A stretch of DNA of 64,000 bases, taken from an uncultured Ruminococcus sp. (GTDB taxonomy: Bacteria > Bacillota > Clostridia > Lachnospirales > Lachnospiraceae). The notes under the pieces were generated by a model. That model did not search any database. It saw only the letters and a program-made list of their open reading frames with translations, and had not been told where the DNA came from. Both the position numbers and the translations under genes were made by a program. The stretch is from contig FMEL01000017.1 in the NCBI GenBank assembly GCA_900066355.1, forward strand, positions 11,935 through 75,934, read 5' to 3'. Of this stretch, positions 56,311 to 64,000 are shown piece by piece. Positions within the stretch are counted from its first letter, which is position 1. Every line of letters starts with the position of its first letter.

Positions 56311-57510
56311 TTAGTAGATTTTGTGGGTCTGATTCCGATACTGTGTCGGAGTCAGACCATATTTTTTCTTAAATACAGTCTGAAAGTAAGACTGACTGGA
56401 AAAACAAAGATAGTTACTGATTTCGCTTAATGTCTTATCCGAATATGTCAGGAGACTTTTTGCCTCTTCCAGCTTACACCGCATAATGAAGCTGCAGACA
56501 TCGAAGCCGAGCTCTTTTTTGAACTTGTTTGTCAAATAAGAGCGGCTTCTTCCGATATGCTCAGCTACATCGCCAACCTGAATGGATTCGTTGATGTGGT
56601 GAGTAATAAACTGAATACACTCAAATATTTCCAGAGACATTCCCTGAGGAATTTTATTTTGCGAAACCCGTTCCGTAAAATCAATCAGCATAGAATAAGA
56701 CAAGGTTTCAATGTGGGAAATATTCTGCAGCTTTTCACATTCACGGATATATACATCGGCAAGCTGGTAAGCCTGTTCCATATCCATTCCTCCGGCAATG
56801 GCACTTCTTGTAACAATTGCAACAGTTGTAATGAAAACATTCTTTTCCTGCCGGAGGGAGTTGTCAGCCATAAGACCACCCGATAATTCGGAGGGGGTGT
56901 TTAACAATGTTTTCATTTTTTCGACGTCTCCATTTTGAATATACTGCAGAAGTTTCTGTTCAAACTGGTAGGTATTATGAAAATGCTGTTCTTCCTTTGC
57001 ATTCATCACCTGATTGGAATGTACATTGGAAAACTCGCTGATGCTGCTTGTGTTTTCCAGATTAAAATGCTGTCCAACAGAAATATATTCATCGTTGAAA
57101 CACAGGTGAAGCCAGGCAAGTGTCTGGAGAAACTGGTTAAAGGAAATCTGAGGAATATTGACCAGAAATTGGAGTATATCCGGTTTGTGTTCCTGACTGA
57201 TTGCCCATTCCTGCATGAAAGTGCGAAGTGTAAGATCTGAAATAGGTGTGCTGAATACAGGGCCAATGATGATTACGCAATCAGCATGCTCCGGCTTTAT
57301 ATAACCATAATAGCCGAAGGACTGCGAGATAAAATAGTCCGGGTTTTTTGTGAAATGTCGGAAACCGGACAGGATGCCTTTAAAAACAGACGGATCTTCC
57401 AAAATCGAAGGAAAGGAACAGTCATTGTCGGGTGAAGCGTGGTAATAGCCAATCGGTATGGAGGTTGATGCATAAAATAATTCACAAAATGCCTTTAAAT
57501 CAGTAATCAT
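56311..57510 (-). CDS. AraC-family transcriptional regulator
   Basis: 399 aa. The C-terminal double HTH is VGDVAEHIGRSRSYLTNKFKKELG...LSEISNYLCFSSQSYFQTVFKKKYGLTPTQYR. It is divergent from the GH3 gene. Confidence 0.85.
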   Translation of the reverse strand: MITDLKAFCELFYASTSIPIGYYHASPDNDCSFPSILEDPSVFKGILSGFRHFTKNPDYFISQSFGYYGYIKPEHADCVIIIGPVFSTPISDLTLRTFMQEWAISQEHKPDILQFLVNIPQISFNQFLQTLAWLHLCFNDEYISVGQHFNLENTSSISEFSNVHSNQVMNAKEEQHFHNTYQFEQKLLQYIQNGDVEKMKTLLNTPSELSGGLMADNSLRQEKNVFITTVAIVTRSAIAGGMDMEQAYQLADVYIRECEKLQNISHIETLSYSMLIDFTERVSQNKIPQGMSLEIFECIQFITHHINESIQVGDVAEHIGRSRSYLTNKFKKELGFDVCSFIMRCKLEEAKSLLTYSDKTLSEISNYLCFSSQSYFQTVFKKKYGLTPTQYRNQTHKIY

Positions 57511-57611
57511 GGAAGACTCCTCCAGGTAAAACCGTACTTTTAAACTCTCTTTGAAATGGATGTAATACTAATTATAAGGTGTTCTATTTATAAAAACAAG
57601 GACAAAATTGA

Positions 57612-57634
57612 AATATTGTAATCAATATTGTAAT
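57612..57634. promoter_or_regulatory. Tandem direct repeat AATATTGTAAT x2 (12-bp period) in the araC/GH3 divergent region
   Basis: The two copies, 57612-57622 and 57624-57634, are identical. Direct repeats are typical AraC-type binding sites. Confidence 0.3.
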
Positions 57635-57668
57635 ACAAAAATTATATGGTTTGATATTTTATTTTATA

Positions 57669-57711
57669 GATAACTCGTAACTGTGAGGGTACTGAACAGT
57701 TACGATAACTC
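57669..57711 (+). mobile_element. 27-bp TIR mini-element (core 57677-57703) flanked by the 8-bp direct repeat GATAACTC
   Basis: GATAACTC[GTAACTGTGAGGGTACTGAACAGTTAC]GATAACTC. The 8-nt terminal inverted repeats are GTAACTGT/ACAGTTAC. Confidence 0.65.
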
Positions 57712-57740
57712 AATGAAAGTATTTAAAAGGAGAACTCAAC

Positions 57741-60380
57741 ATGGGAATGGAAGATTTTTGGGAACAGCTTCCGACAGGAAAAGAAGATAAACCATTGCTT
57801 TTTGAAATGGGACCGCTGGAGTACGATTTTCATGATATTGACGGATTGTATTTTATGCTGGATCGTCGACTATCCGGCTGTCTGCTTATGATGTGGGCAA
57901 AGCCGATGAATCCGGATATTCAGGGAACCGTCACCTTAGATAGCAGGGTGGTATCCGGCTGTATCAACCAATATATGGAAGTTATGGGAAATATGTGGGT
58001 GCTTGGAATTCCGCTTCGGGGACTTGTGACAGAGTACGGTCGGGAATATCAACTTCACGTGGAAGGTTTTGTGGACATGGATGGGAATGAGATGAATCCG
58101 CAGGATTTTACGGTCAGAGGTGTGGAAAAAGTGAAACCGAAGCCGGAAGATGCAGCACATGAACAGATTGCACTGGAAGCCGCCAGGGAGGGAATCGTTC
58201 TTTTGAAAAATGAGGCGGAAGTTCTTCCACTGAAGAAGGGAACGGTATTGAATCTGTTTGGCAGAGGTATTCACGAATTTCGTATCGGAGCAGTGGGGGC
58301 AGGCAAAATCAATCCTCGCTACAGTGTTAATTTTGTGGAGGCTGTCAGGGAAGGAGAAGCTTATTCACTGAATGAAGAACTGGTTGAATTTTACGGCTGT
58401 GACAGGGATGAGATACCGGAGGACGAGATGTTGATGCGTGCAAAGAAATTGTCCGATACGGCAATCGTGTTCCTGACACGTGCAGCAGGAGAAAACCAGG
58501 ATGCTTCCACGGCGAAAGGGGAATACTATCTGAGCGAGGCTGAAGAAGCACTTATTGCAAAAGTAACGGATACATTTGCAAAGACAATTGTGGTTTTAAA
58601 TGTCGGATATCCGATTGATGTGACATTTGCAGAAAAGTATGCAGTTGCAGGACTTATATATTCGGGATTTGGTGGAATGCTTGCAGGACCGGCACTTTCG
58701 GATATCCTGAGCGGGGCTGTAAATCCGTCAGGGAAGCTGCCGGATACATGGGCAAAGGATTATTTTGATATTCCGTCGTCGAAAAATTTCTATGACTGTG
58801 TAGATAAAACACGTCTGACAGCAGATGAAAATATATATGTGGATACTTGTTACGAGGAAGACATTTATGTGGGATATCGTTATTTTACAACATTCAGGAA
58901 AAAAGTGGCGTATCCGTTTGGCTACGGATTAAGTTATACAGAGTTTTGTATCAGGCAGGAGAATATTCGATTTGACGGGGAAGTACTGGAACTGGATGTA
59001 TATGTGAAGAATGTCGGGGAAAAAGCCGGAAAAGAAGTTGTTCAGGTTTATGTAGGCAAACCGGAATCAGAACTGGAGCAGCCGGAAAAAGAACTGGTAT
59101 TCTTTGAAAAAACAAAGGAACTGCTTCCGGGAGAGGAACAGAAGATTCCTGTTCATGTTCCGGTGAAAGTATTGACTTCATATTCGGAAGAAAAAGCGGC
59201 GTATATTTTATCAAAAGGATATTACCGTATTTATGTGGGAAACAGTATTGAAGCAGCGGAATGCGGCGGATTCGACGAAGAAGAAACAAGAATAATCAAA
59301 CAGGTAACCAATCTGCTTTGCTGCGATTACAAATTTACAAGATTATCCAAAACAAATCCGGATGATACATGGCCGACAGGAGCGCATTCCGGAGTGGTCA
59401 AAAATAAGTTGACATTTTTGCCTTATGAGAAGAGGAAACATTATCCTGCAAAGTTTGATATGGAGAAACCGGAAGAGAAGGTAACATTTGATGCTGTAAG
59501 AAAAAATCCGTCACGTGCGGCTGAGTTTGTGGCACAGATGTCACCGGAGGAACTTGCCCGCATCAGCATCTGTGCCTCGGCAGGGTGGGGAATGGAAGGT
59601 ATCGGTGAGGCAGGTCGTGTATTTCAGACAGAAGGATATGATTTGCCGGACTTTCCGGTGAGCGATGGAAACAGCGGAGTCAATCTGAACATCAAAAATA
59701 TTGGAATGCCGTCAGGCGTTACAATCTGTGCTTCGTTCAATAAAGAATTATCGGAAGCAATCGGGTGTGTAATCGGGGAAGAAGCGAAGGCATTGGGCAT
59801 GCCGCTGGTTCTTGCACCAGCATTTAATATTCACAGAAATCCGCTAAATGGACGACAGCCGGAATATTTTTCGGAAGATCCGTATTTGTCCGGTGTCATG
59901 GCCGGATTTTATGCAAAAGGATTGGAAGGAGCCGGGATCGGAAGCTGCTATAAACATTTTATCGGGAACAACTGTGAATCTTCCAGAAAGCGAAATCAGA
60001 GTCTGATTTCCGAACGTGCAATCCGGGAAATTTATTTCCGAACTTTTGAATATGCGATGGATGTTCATATGCCAGCCAGCTTTATGACGGCGTATAATGC
60101 GGTAAACGGCTGCCCGACAGCAGCGGATGAAGAACTTCTACAGGGGCTTCTCAGAGAAGAAAATGGGTTTGCCGGTTTTGTAATGACGGATTGGACAACC
60201 TATGACAGTGTAGATGTGGCAGCAATGGTACAGGCGGGAAACTGCTGGATTACGCCGGGCTCTAATGATGATACATATACCGGTCAGATAAAGAAAGGAT
60301 TGGAGAACGGTACCATAGACATGGCAAGACTTCAGGAGAATGTTACCGCTCTGATTCGTACAATGGCAAAATTTTCGTAA
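57741..60380 (+). CDS. GH3-family glycosidase with permuted domain order (sandwich/Fn3-like first, catalytic barrel last)
   Basis: 879 aa. LLKNEAEVLPL and the Fn3-like VQVYVGKP come early. SDGNSGVN, the KHF motif and GFVMTDW (nucleophile motif) sit in the last roughly 300 aa. Confidence 0.8.
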   Translation: MGMEDFWEQLPTGKEDKPLLFEMGPLEYDFHDIDGLYFMLDRRLSGCLLMMWAKPMNPDIQGTVTLDSRVVSGCINQYMEVMGNMWVLGIPLRGLVTEYGREYQLHVEGFVDMDGNEMNPQDFTVRGVEKVKPKPEDAAHEQIALEAAREGIVLLKNEAEVLPLKKGTVLNLFGRGIHEFRIGAVGAGKINPRYSVNFVEAVREGEAYSLNEELVEFYGCDRDEIPEDEMLMRAKKLSDTAIVFLTRAAGENQDASTAKGEYYLSEAEEALIAKVTDTFAKTIVVLNVGYPIDVTFAEKYAVAGLIYSGFGGMLAGPALSDILSGAVNPSGKLPDTWAKDYFDIPSSKNFYDCVDKTRLTADENIYVDTCYEEDIYVGYRYFTTFRKKVAYPFGYGLSYTEFCIRQENIRFDGEVLELDVYVKNVGEKAGKEVVQVYVGKPESELEQPEKELVFFEKTKELLPGEEQKIPVHVPVKVLTSYSEEKAAYILSKGYYRIYVGNSIEAAECGGFDEEETRIIKQVTNLLCCDYKFTRLSKTNPDDTWPTGAHSGVVKNKLTFLPYEKRKHYPAKFDMEKPEEKVTFDAVRKNPSRAAEFVAQMSPEELARISICASAGWGMEGIGEAGRVFQTEGYDLPDFPVSDGNSGVNLNIKNIGMPSGVTICASFNKELSEAIGCVIGEEAKALGMPLVLAPAFNIHRNPLNGRQPEYFSEDPYLSGVMAGFYAKGLEGAGIGSCYKHFIGNNCESSRKRNQSLISERAIREIYFRTFEYAMDVHMPASFMTAYNAVNGCPTAADEELLQGLLREENGFAGFVMTDWTTYDSVDVAAMVQAGNCWITPGSNDDTYTGQIKKGLENGTIDMARLQENVTALIRTMAKFS

Positions 60381-60411
60381 CTGTTCAGTACCCTCACAGT
60401 TACAAATTTTC
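60369..60411 (-). mobile_element. Second, inverted copy of the 27-bp mini-element (core 60377-60403) flanked by the 8-bp direct repeat AAATTTTC
   Basis: AAATTTTC[GTAACTGTTCAGTACCCTCACAGTTAC]AAATTTTC. The core is the exact reverse complement of 57677-57703 and supplies the GH3 stop codon. Confidence 0.65.
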
Positions 60412-60457
60412 ATAGAATAGAAAGAATCAGAAAAACAAAAAGAGAGAGGAAATGCAT

Positions 60458-63205
60458 ATGATTCGTGATTTGACAATAGAATACAGAAAAAATCCGATAG
60501 GAATCGATGAGAAACCACGTTTCTCATGGAAGTTGGAGAGTGAAAAGCAGGATGTTGTGCAGACAAACTACCAGATTCAGGTTGTCAGCGGAGGCCGGCT
60601 TATGTGGGACAGCGGCCGGGTGAAAAGCGACCAATCCGTTCTGGTGCCATATAAGGGTGCTGCATTGAAAGAGATGACTGTTTATCAGGTGCAGGTCAGT
60701 GTATGGGATAATTACGGAGAGCTGGGACAGGTGACAGGAAACTTTGAAACCGGTTTGATGAGAGAAGAAAACTGGAATGCAAAATGGATTACCCATACAC
60801 TTCCGGCTGAAGAGACTGCATGTCCGGTATTTGTCCGCAGCTTTTCTCTGGACAGACCAGTGAAGAGAGCAAGGCTGTATGCGACTGCCTGTGGTGTATA
60901 TGAGGCATTTATTAACGGAAGGAAAACAGGAGACTTGTTCCTGGCTCCGGGCTGGACATCTTATCATCACCGACTGCAGTATCAGACTTATGATATTACG
61001 GAACTCCTGGAAAAAGATAATGAGATTACGGTTACTGTAGGAAACGGGTGGTATAAGGGAGAACTCGGGTTTGATGCAAGACCAAATCTTTACGGCGACA
61101 GAACGGCTTTGCTGGCAATGGTGCGTATCGAGTACGAAGACGGGGAAATTATCTGCATCGGCACTGATACGGACTGGCATGTGGAAACAGGAGAAATTCT
61201 GTTTTCCGAGATTTATCACGGTGAGATACAGGATTATACAAAAGAAAGAAGGCAGGTAGGAAAGGCAGTTCTGTTTGAACATACGGATGATATCGGGCAG
61301 ATTGTGGCGCAGGAATCCGAGCCGGTCCGGGTAACGAAACGGTTTGATGTAAAGGAAAGGATCGTGACTCCAAAAGGAGAATTGGTGTTTGATTTCGGAC
61401 AGAATATGGCAGGACTGGTAGAAATACGACTTCCAAAACTTATTGGAGACAGATTAGTTATTCGATATGCAGAAACACTGGATAAAGATGGAAACTTCTA
61501 TACAGAGAATCTGCGGACGGCAAGATGTACAGATACATTCGTATACGGAGAAAAGCAGGTGGGAATGCTTGTGATGCCGCACTTCACTTTCCACGGATTC
61601 CGTTATATTTGTGTGGAAGGCGCAGGAACGGAAACAGAGGCATCGGATTTTACGGCATGTGCAATGCACACAGACATGCAGCCGACAGGAACATTCACAT
61701 CCGACAACACGTTGGTTAACCAACTGCAGAGTAATATACAGTGGGGACAGAGAGGCAACTTCCTCGATGTTCCGACAGACTGCCCACAGAGAGATGAACG
61801 GTTGGGCTGGACCGGAGATGCACAGGTATTCTGTGGCACAGCCTCCTATAATTTCCACACGGCATTATTTTTCCGAAAATGGCTGCGGGATATGGCAGCA
61901 GAGACCACTCCGGAGTGGGGCGTACCTCATGTTGTTCCGAATATTCTCGGAAATCAGGCGGGAGCAGCGGCATGGAGCGATGCTGCGACAATCATTCCGT
62001 GGACGATTTATAAGGTTTACGGGGATAAAGAGATGCTTGCGGAGCAATTCCCGATGATGAAGAACTGGGTGGATTATATACATGCGAGAGTCTCGAAAAA
62101 CGGATTGTGGCAGAGTGGATTCCAGTATGGAGACTGGCTGGCGCTGGACATAGAATCCGGAAGCACCGACCGGACAGGCGGAACGGACAAATATCTGGTG
62201 GCAAATGCTTATTACGCATATTCGACCAGGATTGTGCGGGATGCTGCGGATGCATTGGGGTATGCAGAGGAAGTAAAAGCATACGGTGACTTATATGAAA
62301 AAATAGTAGAAGCCATTCATGTGGAATACGTGACAAGAAGCGGACGAATGGTCAGTGAGACACAGACAGCCTGTGTGCTGATGCTGTACTTTGACTTGAT
62401 AAAACCGGAATTTCGTAATCGGATTTTGGAGACATTGGAGTTAAATATCGGGGCACACCATAATCATCTGACGACAGGTTTTGTGGGTACACCGTATCTG
62501 TGTCATTGTTTGTCAGAAAACGGTCTTCACGGGTTGGCGGATGAAATCTTTATGAAAGAGGATTTTCCGGGCTGGCTCTATGCAGTAAAGAAAGGCGCAA
62601 CGACAATCTGGGAGCGTTGGAATTCCATTCTGCCAAATGGGGATTTTGACGAATCAGGTATGAACTCCCTGAACCATTATGCGTACGGTTCGATTGGAAG
62701 CTGGTTGTACGAAAAAGTTGCAGGAATACGCTGTATGGAACCGGGATATAAGAAAATACGGATTCAGCCGACGCTGACAAAGGGAATGACAGAGGTGTCC
62801 GCAGCTTATGAATCCATATATGGAACAATCGTAAGTGCATGGAGCTGTAGAGAAGGAAAAATCTGTGTGGATGTGCAGATTCCGGTGAATACAACGGCTG
62901 TTATCCAGCTTCCGGAGAAAGAAGCGGAATTTACGGTTGGTTCCGGCAGATATCATTACGAGTACAAAACGGATACAAATCTGAAATTCGAGAAATATTC
63001 GTTGGAGTCAACACTCGGAGAGTTGGTCGCCGAAGAACTTGGCCGCAATATGTTTGAAGAAATGATGCCGGGAATGCTGGAAGACCCGCTGATTCAGTTT
63101 GCATTGTCCATGACCATATCCGATCTGCTTGTGCAAGATGCGCAGGCAAAGCCAATGTATCTGGCAGTCATTGATGCGCTGAACGCTACAAATTCAAAAT
63201 TATAA
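60458..63205 (+). CDS. GH78 alpha-L-rhamnosidase
   Basis: Track ORF starts at 60452. ATG 60458 has a better RBS spacing. LTIEYRKNPIGID is a typical N-terminus, and VPTDCPQRDERLGWTGDAQVF is the GH78 hallmark. Confidence 0.9.
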   Translation: MIRDLTIEYRKNPIGIDEKPRFSWKLESEKQDVVQTNYQIQVVSGGRLMWDSGRVKSDQSVLVPYKGAALKEMTVYQVQVSVWDNYGELGQVTGNFETGLMREENWNAKWITHTLPAEETACPVFVRSFSLDRPVKRARLYATACGVYEAFINGRKTGDLFLAPGWTSYHHRLQYQTYDITELLEKDNEITVTVGNGWYKGELGFDARPNLYGDRTALLAMVRIEYEDGEIICIGTDTDWHVETGEILFSEIYHGEIQDYTKERRQVGKAVLFEHTDDIGQIVAQESEPVRVTKRFDVKERIVTPKGELVFDFGQNMAGLVEIRLPKLIGDRLVIRYAETLDKDGNFYTENLRTARCTDTFVYGEKQVGMLVMPHFTFHGFRYICVEGAGTETEASDFTACAMHTDMQPTGTFTSDNTLVNQLQSNIQWGQRGNFLDVPTDCPQRDERLGWTGDAQVFCGTASYNFHTALFFRKWLRDMAAETTPEWGVPHVVPNILGNQAGAAAWSDAATIIPWTIYKVYGDKEMLAEQFPMMKNWVDYIHARVSKNGLWQSGFQYGDWLALDIESGSTDRTGGTDKYLVANAYYAYSTRIVRDAADALGYAEEVKAYGDLYEKIVEAIHVEYVTRSGRMVSETQTACVLMLYFDLIKPEFRNRILETLELNIGAHHNHLTTGFVGTPYLCHCLSENGLHGLADEIFMKEDFPGWLYAVKKGATTIWERWNSILPNGDFDESGMNSLNHYAYGSIGSWLYEKVAGIRCMEPGYKKIRIQPTLTKGMTEVSAAYESIYGTIVSAWSCREGKICVDVQIPVNTTAVIQLPEKEAEFTVGSGRYHYEYKTDTNLKFEKYSLESTLGELVAEELGRNMFEEMMPGMLEDPLIQFALSMTISDLLVQDAQAKPMYLAVIDALNATNSKL

Positions 63206-63302
63206 AAATTAAGCTAAAATTAAAATACAGACAAATAGGAATGTGATATTTTAAGCTTACAAGATATCAAGGAAATGTGATACGAAATGAAGGAGGGACA
63301 CA

Positions 63303-64000
63303 ATGAGTAAAAAACCATTAGGAAAGGACAAATTTGGCGTTCAGAAAGTAATGCGCGTGAAGGATTACTTCGGAGATGCTACGGGACAGTTCGCATTGAA
63401 TGCGATGTCCACACTGGTAGGACAGCTTACATACTTCTATACGGATAAGGTTGGCATGGCTGCTGGGGCGATTGCAACAATGTTTATTGTCTGTAAGATT
63501 ATTGACGCATTTACAGACCTGATTATGGGAAATATCATTGACCATACAAAACCGGGAAAAGAAAAATATCGTCCGTGGCTTTTGAAAGCGGGAATTCCGG
63601 CAGGTATTGTAATGGTTCTGATGTTTACGGTGCCGAAAATAGGAGATATGGGACAGATTATTTACGTGACAATAACGAACATTCTTCTGACAGCAGTATT
63701 ATATACGGCAATGGCAATCCCTTATAACTCGCTTATGACCGTTCGTACGAACAGCCAGGAAGAACGAGGCATCATGGGAACATGGAGAGCGGCGACCGGT
63801 TATGTGGCAGGTATGATATTTGCAATCTGTATGATTCCGATTACGAATGCACTGGGCGGAAACCAAAACGCATGGATTAAATTTGGCTTTATCATGGGAA
63901 TTATTGTAATACTGGCAGCCTTGATTTGTTATGCAACAAGCCGTGAGACAGCAACAGAGGCAGGAGCGGTAGTAGAAGCGAAAGAAGAGGATGAAGAAGT
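63303..64000 (+). CDS. GPH-family (MelB/XynP-like) glycoside:cation symporter, 3' end outside the window
   Basis: Not in the track because there is no stop in the window. My own translation: MSKKPLGKDKFGVQKVMRVKDYFGDATGQFALNAMSTLVGQLTYFYTDKVGMAAGAIATMFIVCKIIDAFTDLIMGNIIDHTKPGKEKYRPWLL. This is the D-x-x-T-D...G-x-x-x-D-x-T...G-K-x-R-P-W pattern. Confidence 0.75.
   Translation, partial: MSKKPLGKDKFGVQKVMRVKDYFGDATGQFALNAMSTLVGQLTYFYTDKVGMAAGAIATMFIVCKIIDAFTDLIMGNIIDHTKPGKEKYRPWLLKAGIPAGIVMVLMFTVPKIGDMGQIIYVTITNILLTAVLYTAMAIPYNSLMTVRTNSQEERGIMGTWRAATGYVAGMIFAICMIPITNALGGNQNAWIKFGFIMGIIVILAALICYATSRETATEAGAVVEAKEEDEE

Noticed and set aside
60524-61282. 252-aa ORF on the minus strand
   Set aside because: It is antisense to the GH78 rhamnosidase gene and has no recognisable motifs. 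Shadow ORF.

Overview
The window looks like a Clostridia/Lachnospiraceae-type chromosome segment in three blocks. All calls come from reading the ORF track, motifs and repeats by eye; homologies are recalled from memory, and no database search was run.

(1) 1-23775: an NRPS locus that matches the pyochelin (pch) / yersiniabactin logic gene for gene.
- It contains a type II thioesterase fragment, an Sfp-type PPTase and a salicylate-type aryl-AMP ligase.
- The assembly line is ArCP-Cy-A(MT-fold insert)-PCP, a fused Irp3/PchG-like reductase-methyltransferase, and Cy-A-PCP-TE.
- Downstream are an AraC regulator, a Nik/Opp-type ABC importer and a PchHI/YbtPQ-like pair of ABC half-transporters.
- The assembly line is compositionally chimeric. 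About 50% GC switches to about 25-30% GC inside NRPS1, at the A10/PCP boundary. The low-GC tract ends at a truncated IS66-like transposase.

(2) About 23800-47700: nested or adjacent mobile DNA.
- The first element is mobilizable. It carries a MobA-type relaxase plus MobC, an SOS-type module (XRE-S24 repressor, Y-family polymerase, LexA-NTD-only protein), small regulators, an apparently orphan MazF and three tandem large serine recombinases.
- It also holds a roughly 570-bp ORF-poor, hairpin-rich region.
- The second is a decayed Tn4451-like element. It carries a truncated tyrosine integrase, a CHC2 primase-like protein, VirE-like NTPase, MobV relaxase, TnpV, MarR-MATE cargo and a broken serine recombinase.

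(3) 47900-64000: a plant-glycoside utilisation locus with GH3, GH2, a domain-permuted GH3, GH78 rhamnosidase, a GPH symporter, MarR-MATE and AraC.
- The permuted GH3 gene is bracketed by two inverted copies of a 27-bp mini-element. Each copy is flanked by its own 8-bp direct repeat. The element end matches the end of the IS66-like remnant at 14 kb.

I saw no rRNA, tRNA or CRISPR array.
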